DNA of 64,000 bases from Octopus sinensis (taxonomy: Eukaryota). The position numbers and the translations under genes were made by a program. Shown here in pieces: positions 16,362-30,160 of the stretch. The notes beneath the pieces were generated by a model. That model was not told where the DNA came from, did no database searches, and worked only from the letters and a program-made list of their open reading frames with translations. Numbering within the stretch: position 1 is the stretch's first letter; every line of letters starts with the position of its first letter. The stretch is taken from positions 124,001 to 188,000 of the forward strand of contig NW_021836292.1 of NCBI RefSeq assembly GCF_006345805.1. Direction: 5' to 3'.

Positions 16362-16400
<39 letters not shown>
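15410..16400. repeat. Compound (TA)n / (TATG)n / (TG)n-TACATA microsatellite
   Basis: Direct reading. Confidence 0.95.
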
Positions 16401-16402
<2 letters not shown>

Positions 16403-16879
16403 AATATATTTATGCATTATCAAATTTATAAATTCATAGATATCTGTATAACAGTGGATTATGTATCGATAATATATCTTTCAGAAGTAAGTTTTGAGAA
16501 AAGAAAATACGTATCAAAAGTATAAAATATAAGAAGTGTGTAATAACATCATAATTATAAACCTGGTCACTGTCTAAAGTATGTATATTTGCCCAACAGA
16601 AATGCGTACAAACATAATCTAGCCCACCAAACTAGCACACAACACACACGCACACACACACACGCACACACACACACGCACACACACATACATACATACA
16701 CGTACACACACCACACACAAAGCACATACACACACACAAAGCACACATACACACATAGTCCATACATTCACACAGCACATACACACACACAAATCGCACA
16801 TACACTCACATACACACACACACAGCACATACACATACACACACACACACACAGCACATACACACACACAAATCACATG

Positions 16880-17536
16880 CACACCCGCACATATACACAC
16901 ACACACACATCACATGCACACCCGCACATATACACACACACACACACATCACATGCACCCCGCACATATATACACACACACACACACACGGCACACATAC
17001 ACATAAAGCACACATACACGCACACGCCTGCACGCACACACACACACAGCACATACACACGCACTCAAAGCTCACATACTCACACACATACACAATTAGC
17101 ACATACACACCCACACAAAGCACAGATACCCACACACACACACACACACACATCACATGCACACCCGCACATATATACACACACACACACACACGGCACA
17201 CATACACATAAAGCACACATACACGCACACGCATGCACGCACACACACACACAGCACATACACACGCACTCAAAGCTCACATACTCACACACATACACAA
17301 TTAGCACATACACACCCACACAAAGCACAGATACCCACACACACACACACACACACATCACATGCACACCCGCACATATATACACACACACACACACGGC
17401 ACACATACACATAAAGCACACACATACACGCACACGCATGCACGCACACACACTCACAGCACATACACACGCACTCAAAGCTCACATACTCACACACATA
17501 CACAATTAGCACATATACACCCACACAAAGCACAGA

Positions 17537-17571
<35 letters not shown>

Positions 17572-17990
17572 CACATGCACACCCGCACATATATACACAC
17601 ACACACACACACGGCACACATACACATAAAGCACACATACACGCACACGCATGCACGCACACACACACACAGCACATACACACGCACTCAAAGCTCACAT
17701 ACTCACACACATACACAATTAGCACATACACACCCACACAAAGCACAGATACCCACAAACACACACACACACACACACACACATCACATGCAACACCCGC
17801 ACATATACACACACACACACACACACGGCACAATACACAATAAAGCACACATACACGCACACGCATGCACGCACAACACCACACACAGACATACACACGC
17901 ACTCAAAGCTCACATACTCACACCTACACAATTAGCACATACACACCCACACAAAGCACAGATACCCACACACACACACACACACAACAC
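16880..17990 (+). repeat. CA-rich minisatellite, ~205-215-bp unit, about 5 copies
   Basis: Anchor ctcaaagctc at ~17064, 17269, 17474, 17687, 17902. Confidence 0.9.
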
Positions 17991-18811
17991 ATGACAGCGT
18001 CTATGTGGATCTACAATTTGTAATTATTAAAGCATTTTCATATTTCGAAACTTTGCGGAATACTCTGTCAACTGTATTGTAATGGTTCACGAAAGATGTA
18101 TTTTATTGATTTTTTTTTTTATTTTGAAAATATATATATTCCAGAATATATAATAATCCATTATTTTTAACGAGTATGCTTTCTTTTTTATCAGTTTCAC
18201 ATGTGCCTGTGTACGTGTGTTCAGGCACATGTGTGCGCGTCTGCGCGTGTGAGTAATTGTGTGTGTGTGTGTGTTGTGTGTGTGTGTGTGTGTGTGTGTG
18301 ATCGTGTGTGCATGGCTGAGTTAGTATGTAACATGTATGCACGTATGTATGAACAATTTTGTTAAAGTGCTTTCTCAGCAAACGTGATCTATAATTTTCA
18401 TCATGAAGGTTTATGAAATTCATTTCAATTAATGCGCGCGCGCACGCACACGCACGCACACACACACACACACACATGCACACACACTCACGCACATACA
18501 CATACACACACATGTAAGTCATGTGTGGTGTGGGTGTATTAAGTTATAACATAATATAAAAGTGCTCAATACAGCCTTGTGCTAAAAGTGCATATATTTA
18601 TTCAAATGTACGATGCAAAGCAATGCATACAAACGCGCATACACACCACACATACACACGCTCATACACCACACACACACACACACACACACACACCCCA
18701 TTGTAAATTTGTTTGTATACATACAAATATGCATGTATTAGAGAGAGAGAGAGAGTGGGAGAGATGAGGAGAAAGCTGAAGTAGCATTTGTCTGTGTGTA
18801 TATATATATAT

Positions 18812-18885
<74 letters not shown>

Positions 18886-18904
18886 GTATATATATGTATG
18901 TGTA

Positions 18905-18946
<42 letters not shown>

Positions 18947-18960
18947 CATGAACTTAAATG

Positions 18961-19115
18961 TATGTCCGGTCATAGAGCGACCAATGGTTTCGCATCCATA
19001 CAGCTCTTAAACTTTATGGACACGTCAGAATCCAATGGCCGCCGACATGCAACCTCTGTTATATACAGTGTCTGAAGAGTCGTCTATAAAGCTGAGCGCT
19101 TTATGACCAGACATA
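18961..19115. mobile_element. Small MITE with ~19-bp TIRs
   Basis: tatgtccggtcatagagcg ... cgctttatgaccagacata (2 mismatches); TIR related to 33805-34221. Confidence 0.7.
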
Positions 19116-19343
19116 AATTTAACTTCATATAAATATATTATTGCTCTAACTTTTAGAATGTGCTTTATTTTCGAATATATGATCTACAGACGAAATACGT
19201 ATGTATGTGTAGGTATGTATGTATGTATGTATGTATGTATGTATGTATGTATGTATGTATGCATGTATGTATGTATGCATGCATCTATGCACGCACCCAT
19301 GCGTGGTAGTTTGAAGCATGTATATATATATATATATATATTA

Positions 19344-19377
<34 letters not shown>

Positions 19378-19823
19378 CACATTTGATTATATTCACATAT
19401 TACTTGATAGATTTATTCGTAAAATTTTACCGGCAGACCCTATATCGCCGGGTAGATTTTGCGTCTGCGCAGAGATTTGAAAAGTTAAGATCTGCAAGTT
19501 GTTTAGATCAACACATGGTCTAACACGCTGCGCATCTCAATTTAACTCAGGATTCTCGCTGATGAAACCGGCCTTAGCAAACATATTCTGTCTGTTTTGC
19601 TAGAAAGAGGTAGAAACTGATACCAGTCCGGGATAAATTTATCCCTTTTTTGTGTCCCTAGCACTTGGCATCCTTATTTAGGAGCCCTTAATTGTATTTC
19701 TACATGAATAATATTTTTCTATATGAATAATATTTTGTCTAATGGCTAATTCGTCCTTTGTGCTGGGCCACTGGTAGTAATCTATATTATTACCCTTTTG
19801 ATTATATTCATATATATATATAT

Positions 19824-19937
19824 ATAGAATGGTTGTATACTGTCAATCTAACAAGAACGTGACAGTAGGGGGTACACCACCGCTGTATAGCCCTACTGTC
19901 ACGTTCTTGTTAGATTGACAGTATACAACCATTCTAT
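19824..19937. repeat. Perfect 47-bp inverted repeat with 20-nt loop
   Basis: Arms 19824-19870 and 19891-19937; follows a (TA)n run. Confidence 0.92.
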
Positions 19938-19981
19938 CGCCCCACCACCGTACATGTCTCTATGAGAGATTTAGAATTCAA

Positions 19982-20024
<43 letters not shown>

Positions 20025-20228
20025 CGAACAGTGAATTCAGTAACGCCTAGCCAAGAAGCTACTCTGTGTTGATAAAGAGTGATAACCCAGAAACCGGTCC
20101 ACAGATGTGTTTTGCGCTGGATGGGAGTGCTAAACTCCCTCTTCGAAAATATAAGGACACGGATATTGTGTCGTATAGCCAGCTGAAAACGATGTTTCCT
20201 GGGGTTAAACAATAGTAACATCGTCACA

Positions 20229-20264
<36 letters not shown>

Positions 20265-20316
20265 CACACACATACTTAAGAGTATGCACACACACACATA
20301 TGGATATATATATATA

Positions 20317-20731
20317 CTAGCAGTATCGTCCGGCGTTGCTCGAATTTGTAAGGGAAATAACTATATAAGCATTTTTAGAGAGTTATAGCAAAAAAATAGC
20401 AAAAAAATGCATTAAAAATGGAAAAAAAATTATGGTAAATTTTTTTTTAAATCGTTGACTCATCGTAGACATTTTTAGAGAGTTACTTCTCTTTTTTAAT
20501 AGCGAAAAAATGCATTAAAATGGAAAAAAATGATGGTAATTTTTTTTAATCGTAGACTCATCGTAGACGCGCGCTAATACCGCAAGGCTCGATATGAATC
20601 ACGACTATAAGATACCGTTTTGGTTAACTGCACCGCAAAATGTGGGAGTAGTTTAGGAATCTAAATCGTAGGAGACAGACACACAACCTTACTTTTACAT
20701 ATAAAGTATATTATATATATATATATATAGA
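20317..20731 (-). mobile_element. Non-autonomous Helitron-like element
   Basis: Minus strand starts TC (plus ...tatagat) and ends CTAG with a degenerate GC-rich hairpin (ccggcgttgctcg); internal ~100-bp tandem duplication at 20371-20568. Confidence 0.65.
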
Positions 20732-20757
20732 TATATATATATATAATAATAATATAA

Positions 20758-21608
20758 TAAATTGTCGTCTAAAATTACGCAAAAATGAAATAAACACTGA
20801 CATCTCTTTTTAACAGATATATTTACCAAAATTACATAAAACATATCTTGAAATACTTAACAGTAAATTTATTCAATAAAATCGCCATTTGCTTCAACCA
20901 CGGCCTCCAGACGACTTCGGAATCTCCTGTAACTCTTCTGGATGTTCTTCTTGTTTAAGTTAGTGAATACTGCTATAATCTTTTCTTTCACTTCATTTTT
21001 GGAGTTAGAAGGAATTTTGTTGGTGGCTCGCTGAACTGCTCCCCACACATAATAATCAAGGAGCTTGTAGTCTGAGGAGTTAAGTGGCAAGATGTTAGGG
21101 ATGATGTGGCCGCAAAAATTGCTTGACAGACATGACTGGGTTCTCCTGCTTGTGTGGGATGGGGCAGAGTCCTGTTGCAAGATGTAGGGTCTTCCAGTAG
21201 CCACACTTTTGATACAGGGCAGCAGCATCTTCTCCAGGCACTTGATGTAGGCCTCCGTGTTGAGTCTGAGGCCGTGTGGGTAGATGAATGGAGGCATAAC
21301 GTCACCATCACTAGTGATCACTCCGAGCATCATGATGCTGGATGATTCGATGGTTAATTTTTATCACCCTCAGTATTGTTGACACGCAACACTCTGAAAT
21401 GTTCGTAGCGGAGCTTCCAGCACAAATGACAAGCAGTACAGCATCTCGTTTCCAAATTTCTGGCAGAGTGAATTGCGTCATGGTACTATTTTTCTCACAT
21501 ACTGTGCCTAACTGACCCTACTATACTGTGTAGTCGACAAAATTTAAAAAAACAATGGGCATGCGCGAAAATTATAAAGTGGTGACAATTTACCCATCAC
21601 ACCCTCTG
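20758..21608 (-). mobile_element. Tc1/mariner DD37D (maT-like) deletion derivative
   Basis: QQD...LLDY with 37 residues between the last two D; TIR cagagggtgtgatgggtaaattgtc at 21608; middle of transposase missing. Confidence 0.8.
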
Positions 21609-21655
21609 CTGTTGGTGATTTCTTTTCATGTTTAGGACTTTTCCCTTACCCCTTT

Positions 21656-21682
21656 CCGACGAATAGCTATGTTCGAAACGTC
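21656..21682 (+). ncRNA. Degenerate hammerhead-like motif (Penelope pseudo-LTR fragment)
   Basis: CCGACGAATAGCTATGTTCGAAACGTC; U4>C, weakened stem II, GUC triplet. Confidence 0.4.
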
Positions 21683-22579
21683 AGACTCTCTCTTTTCATC
21701 GAGCGTTAAGTTAATACTTTCCTTGTTCACGTCCTTTTGTTGTCTGTTATTTTCATTCTTTTATTTAACTGACTATGTATGTGTATGTGTGTGTATACAC
21801 ACACTTATCTATGCATACACACACACACACACACACATATCGTATTTTAAAGTATTGAGAAATTAGAAAATTAATTTTTTACAAAATTGCTCACATGGAA
21901 ATGTAGCTATAAATTATTGCTTGTAAAAGAAAGAATAAGAATTTGTTACATTGTTTTACAAATCTTACTTGTCGCCTTTTAACTGTGAAATTAAGAAAAT
22001 ATCTTTAATGTTACCAGTGAGAAAAGAAATCAGCTTTTGAGATCGTTTTTGTAACAGTGAAATATTTCTTAGACACTACTCTCATGCATATGTAGCTACA
22101 AATAATAGCTCGTAATATATGGAATAATAGAATGTAAGGGATATTTCCCTTGTATTGTGAGATATAATTTTACTGCTACATTTGCATTTGAGCAACATCA
22201 TGTAAATCTTTATTTTCAAATTTCTAAATACTTCAAAGGCAGACAATACTTCAAAGGGAAACAAAACAACAAATTTCATATCACACTCCAAAGATTAAAT
22301 CTAATTTTGCGATTAAAAGCTGCTATGACTTTCAAATGTAGCAATATCACGGGCGGCCAGTCTATGGTAGAAGCGCTGCTTGATTTCCGTGGCTAACTTT
22401 ATCCACTTTCATCCGTGAAAAGGGGTTTTAGTTATATATTATGATTACTGCATTTGAGCAGCTTTATTAAAAGTCTTTGTGCAATTATGTACATGAATCA
22501 GCTACTGGGTAAGACTGATAAAGTTAACTTTATTCCCTGTAACAAAGGTGGGAATGATAAGTAGTGATATACATCTGGA

Positions 22580-22900
22580 AAATCCTGGAAGGATATGCAC
22601 CAGACTTAGGCATTGAAAGTTACACAAACACCAGAACAGAGTGACACTGCATAGTACCAAACATACCAACATCGCCATCACAATATTAGACCAGATTCTG
22701 ATTCTACAACAGCTCATGTTTAAGGGCCCACAGCTCTTCAATATCCTCCCAAAAAGCCTGCGAGATCTACATGGATGAAGGAGTATCAAAACTGGATCTC
22801 CTTCTGCCCAGAGTTCCGGATTAATATATCTCGTGGTAGAAAACATAAATGAAGACAGTAGCATCAAACTCCCTCATTCACCAAATACCACATATCAGAG
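22580..22900 (+). mobile_element. CR1-like LINE 3' fragment
   Basis: IYIWKILEGYAPDLGIESY..., FKGPQLFNILPKSLRDLHG. Confidence 0.7.
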
Positions 22901-23367
22901 TAGTATGAGTAGTTTTCAACTAATGAAAGCCTGGCAAAACTAAAGGCGGTGCCCCCGCATGGCCACAGCTCTCGAGTTGAAACTAGTAAAAGAGTATATA
23001 AATGTATAGTGTGTATGTATGTGTGTGTGTGGTGTGTGTGTGTGTGTGTGTATGTGTGTGTGTATAAAGAGTATATAAATGTATAGAGAGAGAGATAAAC
23101 AAGGCTAATTTACATGTTACTCTGTATATTGAAAATTAATGAACAAACCTAATGGATTTTCGGATCTTATTGGACTCTCATCAGTGGCGTTTAAGTCAAT
23201 CCTCCCACTACCATATATATATATATATTATGTGTGGTGTGTTGTGGTGTGTGTGTGTGTGTATGTATGTATGTAGTATGTATGTATGTATGTATGTGTG
23301 TATGTATCATGTATCTAGTATAGAATAGTATATATATTATATATTATATATATATATATATATACCA

Positions 23368-23398
<31 letters not shown>

Positions 23399-23429
23399 GC
23401 ATGTTTTATATATATATATTATATAGTCT

Positions 23430-23575
23430 CTCGTCAGTGAGAAAGAGGGCGAACCTCCGTGCATTCAATCGAATGCCACTCAAAAATATATAAAAAAAAG
23501 ATGTTGTTTAAGGATATTGTTTTGAATGGCATTCGATTGACTGCACGGAGGTTCGCCCTCTTTCTCTCTGACGAG
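23430..23575. repeat. 56-bp inverted repeat (3 mismatches), ~34-nt AT-rich loop
   Basis: ctcgtcagtgagaaagagggcgaacc... versus ...ggttcgccctctttctctctgacgag. Confidence 0.9.
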
Positions 23576-23805
23576 TGGATGTGCTGCCTAGTAGTGATTG
23601 TCAATTTTGGATTCCGTTTCTGGGGGTAGTGCATTCGCAGAGCGATCGTAAGATGTTTTAAACTTTTGAACGTTTTAAATCGTCATACTTTATATATTTG
23701 TACATCTATCTGTAAGTACAATGTTGTTTTGGACGTATGTCTTCTGTGATGATTTTTTTATGTAATTTTCTTGCTCTTATTTTATAAGATAATATATATA
23801 TATCA

Positions 23806-23878
<73 letters not shown>

Positions 23879-24664
23879 TAAAACATTCTTTTTCGACCGA
23901 ATATCTAGTTCTTTGAGTATTTAATTCTAAGTACCTAGCCATGTTCTTATGTCTACATAACCCCAGGAATTACGAATATATGCATACATATATGCGTACA
24001 TATGACTAACTTATTCAAGTAATTAGCAAGATTGTTCATGCAAGTAAGGACTCAGTACGTTGTAATGTGGAGGTAAATGTTTTACATGCAGGAGACAAGA
24101 TAGGATTTGACCAATGTGTTTGTATATATGTGTGAGCGAGTGCGCACGCATGTATGTATGCGTGTGTATATTGAAAAAGCCTCTGTTTTATCTTTGTTCT
24201 TGTAAATATTTTGGAATATTAAAGGATGCAGATTCGTTATTAATGTTTCCAGAGTTACAAGTATTATCTTCTGGATCAAGAGACGTTGGCATGTGTTTCT
24301 GTCGATTTATAAACAAGCAGAGCTAATATAAGTGCTGTTGACATTATTGCCAAAATTGGAATGTATAACTGGTAAGTTTTTCTCATCAGTCAGCAACTTG
24401 TATGGTTTTCAATGACCTGCAACTAAAATGTGAGAGAGAAAAAATCGGTAAAAAGTAACGCTAAGTTTAAGAGAAAAGTAGTTTCCCAAATATGAACATA
24501 CATACACATGCGCGTGCGCACACACACACACTCTCTCATATATATATATACATACATACATACATATACACACACATATACACACACATATACACATATA
24601 CACATATATGCACACACATACATATTTCTATGGAAAAGTTATTGAAATTTCACGTTACCCTAGT

Positions 24665-24750
<86 letters not shown>

Positions 24751-24899
24751 TGCATTTATATATAAACACGCACACACACACTAGCACATATATATATATA
24801 TATATATAAATATACATATATACACAGATGGATGGATACATGCATGCATGGATGCATGCATACATGGATGCATGCATATATAAGTAAATAGGCAAATGA

Positions 24900-25400
24900 T
24901 AACAGGCGTAAGGAATGTATTTATATGAAAATTTGTGTATGCAATTTGCTTGATGTAATGAAGCCTTATCGTCATGGCTGCTTTAGATGATCGATGAGTG
25001 GTTGCTATAACGATGGAAGCAGGTGAAATAGTGAGGCAACATCGTAGATATAAATAAAAGCAAAGCAAAATATCAACTAGCACGGATTTTGATAGCACCG
25101 TGCCGTAGAATCACGATATTCTTTTCGGAAGACAAAGAACAAGTTGGATCATGGGAGATAGACTTTAAAATATATATATATTGAGGTCGATAAATTAGAT
25201 AGGGAGAAAGGCATTGTAGAACGGCTATAACGAGAGGTAAAACAGTATAGCTTGGATAAAGAGAAGAAATGCAAGTGTGTGTATTAGTGATGTGAAAGGA
25301 AGTATAGCTACGGCGGTAAATGTCTGAGGGAGAGATTGAGTGATCAAGGGAATGATAGAAACAGCAAAGAGACAGAGAAAAGACCAAGCTTGAACGGACC
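24900..25400 (-). mobile_element. Possible highly degenerate Penelope GIY-YIG fragment
   Basis: FHITNTHTCISS resembles PLE F.I...FTC.SS; otherwise decayed. Confidence 0.3.
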
Positions 25401-26049
25401 CAGAAAGACTTCCATAAATTCTTTATAAATTATAATCTTTTTTCTAAAATAGCACTAAAATAACCAACGTTTCCGATATTGCTCTAGAAATAAACTCTAG
25501 TTTATATTCCCCTTACCATATAGTTAAATGTACTCACCCGAGATCTGTTTTGAATAGCAAGCCAGAATCAAATATTTTCGAAGTAAACAACCATCGTTAA
25601 TAATAAGCATCGTTTTAACAATTATATATACGTGTATGTGTATGTATGTATGAATGTGTGAGTGTGTGAGTGTGTGAGTGTGTGTGTGTGTGCGTGCACA
25701 CACATACACATATATATATATATATATATACACAATGTACATTCAAATCATCATAGGACACCTAGTATGCTAGGAGTAGCCAAAATCCAAACCACTATTA
25801 GGAATAAATAATTTTTTCTTACCCTGATATTCATTAATTATTGATAATTTTTGGCAAATTGTCGCAGGAATGCCGGCATAATTTTTATATGCTGCCGACA
25901 AAAAACTGCGCTTGCGCGGTGGATTTGAAAAATTATAATATATAAGCACGAGGCGTATGCTGTATTGCCTCGTATTTATATGTTGATCTTGGTGTACCTG
26001 CCTCGTATTTATATGTTGATCTTGGTGTACCTGCTGAAGAAAGCTCCGT

Positions 26050-26440
26050 CTAGCAAATTATTTTATCTGCTAATTTAGAGACGGTCCCTATCTGAAGTTT
26101 TGGATTTCTTCCGGAGTTTGGTTTCGACAAGGAGGTTTTTCCCTCTTTCTCAAAGGCTGTCATTACTTTCGAGACAGTACTTCTTGATACACAAAACATT
26201 TCAGCTGTTTTCGTTACACTAGCGCCTGCCATACGAGCGCCAACAATTTTACCTCTTTGAAAGTCCGATGAATTTTAATTACCTTTTTCTGATGATATCT
26301 GAAAAGAAAGAACAATTTTAACAAAACATATTAAGCAACACAAATAATAAATCAAAGAACATAAAAATAAACAAGTTTTGACGGTTTTATAGATATTTTA
26401 TAGATATGCTAGGTGTTTCCATTATTTTATGCAACCCCTG
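26050..26440 (-). mobile_element. Tc1-like transposon 5' fragment (TIR + HTH)
   Basis: SDFQRGKIVGARMAGASVTKTA...VSRSTVSKVM...NSGR; terminal caggggttgcat next to TA. Confidence 0.8.
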
Positions 26441-26442
26441 TA

Positions 26443-26480
<38 letters not shown>

Positions 26481-27096
26481 CAGATGGAGAGAAAAAGAGA
26501 AACAGATATTCTGAAAATCTTGACTTAATTCAAGAAATTCGATGTATAAGGCAGTAGATAGTTAATATTTGGATATTAAATAGACACAGTTTTCCATATC
26601 TTTTAACTTCAAGGCGTATACTAGCGAGTAACAATACTAAACTCAAGTGTTATATGTGAAATCCAAAGTACATTAAATATATCACTCTTCATTCCATGTT
26701 ATTAAAGAGTGAGAAATGTATAGATCTGATGAATACGTCCGTTTGCCTGTGTCTGTTGATTGAATGAATATCTAGAGGCATTATACTTCATATGAATGTA
26801 TAATACATAAATAAAGGATACATTATGTTACGTGTGTGTATATGAACACGATGAGGTTATGTGTGATGATAACTATGTAAAATAAATGTATATCTTACAT
26901 GTATGTTCGCAGGTATTTGCTTTAATATTAACGTTGATACAACGCATTCAACACTTTTTTTGTTTATAAGGATGTGTATACATATATTTCCGTACACATT
27001 TATACACACATGGGTACACTCAAACACATACTCTCCACAATACACAAGCATACGTATATAAGCACTCCCAGACATACTCATCAATACACACGTATG

Positions 27097-27218
<122 letters not shown>

Positions 27219-27304
27219 TAGACAAAGAGATAGATGGATAGATAGATAGATGGATAGATAGATAGATACATACATACATACATACATACATACATACATA
27301 CATA

Positions 27305-27860
27305 CAAAGTGTGATGGGTAAATTTTCACCATTTTATAATTTTAATTTCACGCATTGCTTGTTTTTCATTCTGTCGACTACACAGTATAGTAGGGTCAAT
27401 TGGGCACCGTCTGTGAGAAAAACAGTCCCATGATGCATTTCACTCAACCAGAAATTTGGAGTCGACATGCTGTACTGCTTGGCATTCGCACCGGAAGCTT
27501 TAATACGAACATTTCTGAGAGTTGGGTGTCAATCTGAGGACATGTAGCGAGAGTGATAAAAATCAAACATCAAGTCAACATCATAGTGTTTGGAGTGATC
27601 ACTAGTGATGCCAACGTTATGCTTCCATTCAGCTTCCCACGCGGCCTCAGACTCAACACGGAGACATAGTTCAAGTCCCTGGAGGAGGTAGTGCTGCCCT
27701 GGGTCAAGAGGCTGGCTACTTGAAGACCCCTATGTCTGGCAACAGGACTCTGCACCGCGCCACAGAAAAAGGAGAACCTAGTCATGTCTGTCAGACAATT
27801 TTTACAACATCACCCCTAACATCTGGCCACCTAAATCTCCAGACTGCCACCCATGATTAC
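27305..27860 (+). mobile_element. maT-like (DD37D) deletion derivative, second copy
   Basis: Same TIR (gtgtgatgggtaaatt) and VFGVITSD / QQDSAP / IWPP segments as 20758-21608. Confidence 0.75.
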
Positions 27861-28063
27861 AAGGTGGTGTTAGGGTAGTATTTTACGTACATTTGTTGTA
27901 AAAATTACAATGAAAGCAATTTTTAAATTTATCGATAAAATATGTAAAGTTCATGAAACAAATTTAAAGGTAACTAGTAGCAGTCGGAAAGAAGAAGAAA
28001 TATCCAAAAGCGGTGGAAGTAATGGAAAGAAAAATATATAAAGATATATGAATATATATAGTA

Positions 28064-28235
28064 GGCGCAGGAACGGCTGTGTGGTAAGTAGCTTGCGGTT
28101 CGGCAAAAGAGACCGATAGAATAAGTACTAGGCTTACAAAGAATAAGTCCTGGGGTCAATTTGCTCGAATAAAGGCGGTGCTCCAGCATGACCACAGTCA
28201 AATGACTGAAACAAGTAAAAGAGTGAAAAAGAGTA
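28064..28235 (+). mobile_element. Internally deleted SINE A
   Basis: Head ggcgcaggaacggctgtgtggtaagtagcttgc joins directly to gcggttcggcaaaagagacc of the 3' module. Confidence 0.8.
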
Positions 28236-28309
28236 GTATTAATTAATTAGTGAAATCTAGAATGAATGAATTTTAAAAGTACACTTTGATCTCAGCCAAA
28301 AAGCCTAGG

Positions 28310-28530
28310 AGGGATTGATTTCAAATTATAGCACAAGGCCAGCAATTTTGGAGGAACGGGTAAATCGATAACATCGATCCTAGTGCTCAACTGGTACTTA
28401 TTTTGACAACTCCGAAAGGATGAAAGGCAATGTCGACCTCGGCAGAGTTCGAACTCAGAACGTTTAAGCGGACGAAATGCCGTTAAGCATTTTGCCCGCC
28501 ATGCTGACGACTCTGCAAGCTTGCCGCTAT
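28310..28530 (-). mobile_element. SINE family B
   Basis: gaaaggatgaaaggcaa..gtcgacctcggc..gaactcagaacg core. Confidence 0.75.
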
Positions 28531-28991
28531 AAGGAATTTTAAAAGCTATAATTAAGCACAACGCATTCAACACTCTTTTGGAGGGCTTTTGTTTGTTTTA
28601 CTTATGGTGATGTGCTTACAAATAATCCTGCACGCACATACACACACACACACACTTGTATACACCCCAAATTTACGATCACCCCAATATATAAACATGT
28701 ATATAGAAGCACTCCCAAACATATACACGAACACACACGTCATTCGTCAGTCAAGTGTGAAAAATGAATCGGATAGGTTTTAAATGACTGGTTAAACGTA
28801 TTACTTAGACTCGGGACAAGAATGTCCTTAGTCACACTTTAAATCTTCCCACTTTAAAGTGTGAAGGTTTCCGTGTTGGTTGTTGAGTGATAAATGTGAA
28901 ATTGTATGTCCGTGTCCGTGTGTGACTCTGTGTAGGTACGATTTTTTAATACATACATACATACATACATACATACATACATACATACATA

Positions 28992-30160
28992 GAGGAAATG
29001 TCTACACGGACGTTAAAACTCGTAACATCATGACATCAATTGGAAACATCCACAGATACAGTGACATTGACAGGTTCTATCTAAGAAGGACGTAGAGGTT
29101 TGAGCTTATTGCGGGAAGTCTCTCTCAGGCAGCACTTGCTAATCAACAGTCGAAAAAATAAGTACATATACTTAGTGCTGAAAGGCGAAAAGAACAACAT
29201 TCTATGTGTCGGAAGTGAGCTCTTTAGAAAGCACTCTCTTCCTTATGACTTCCCATCCAACCCCAAAACACCAGGAACAACGTACTTAGAAAAAAACTGG
29301 ATCCGAAACGCACAGCATACCATAAGAAGACTCTGCGTAGGTATGTTTCCTGGAGGCTTGAACACAGTAATATCGACATGAAGCATAGCCTCTCTCTTGG
29401 ACTCGCGACCGCTGCACCACATCGCATTTCGAAGGCTATACATTTGCAATCCAAAAACAGAAGGTTGCAACGAGATAGCTATTGAACAAAAGAGACAGAG
29501 AAACCCTTGGAGCTCCAAGATGCAAGCGAAAATGTAGATTTTGTCATATTTCTGTAGAAGATATAACACATGTGATTAGCAGTACTATGTGACACGACGT
29601 TGTTGCAAAAACAATATACAATGTCATTCGGAAAAAAAAAACTGTCCTGGAATAAAAATAGTGAATCCCTTTGTTATTGAATACATACACTAACATCAAC
29701 ACAAGGAATACTGGTGGAATATTCACATCAAAAGATTTGTCGAGTGGTAAACAAGCCGGATATTGTTGTTTGAGACAGGTAAGAAAAAGTATGTACCGTC
29801 ATAGAGATTAGCTGTTCTGCAGATATGAATATTTCTTTCAAAATCAAAGAGAAAGCAGAAGATAACTATGGGCAACTGCTTCGAAACCTCCAGCTTCTAT
29901 ATCCAGATTATAAATACGCATTTATACCAATAACAATTGATGCACTTGGTTTTATTTAGTAACAATCAGAAAAATAAATCAGTCAACTAACTCGCACATT
30001 ACAAATACAATCTGTAAGTGAAACAGAAAAAAATATGCTAGACTCTTCTCAAGTTTAAAATGTGACTGTTTTTGTTATCTACACTCCAATGACGAACGCT
30101 TGTATCTTTGTTAGAAACCAGCCTCTTCCTCGAGGGAAGAATTCAAATAATTGAAAACAT
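28992..30160 (+). mobile_element. R4/Dong-like REL-endonuclease LINE, 3' part, degenerate, preceded by (CATA)n
   Basis: HRYSDIDRFYLRR, AIQ..E.ATRYL, CRFCH..VEDITHVIS, HDVVAKTIY, WWN, KPDIVV, IEISC, IPITIDALG; (CATA)n at 28952-28991. Confidence 0.8.

Noticed and set aside
16880-17990. CRISPR-like array
   Set aside because: Eukaryotic context; whole units repeat and there are no unique spacers.
25966-26031. 33-bp tandem duplication
   Set aside because: Ordinary local duplication.
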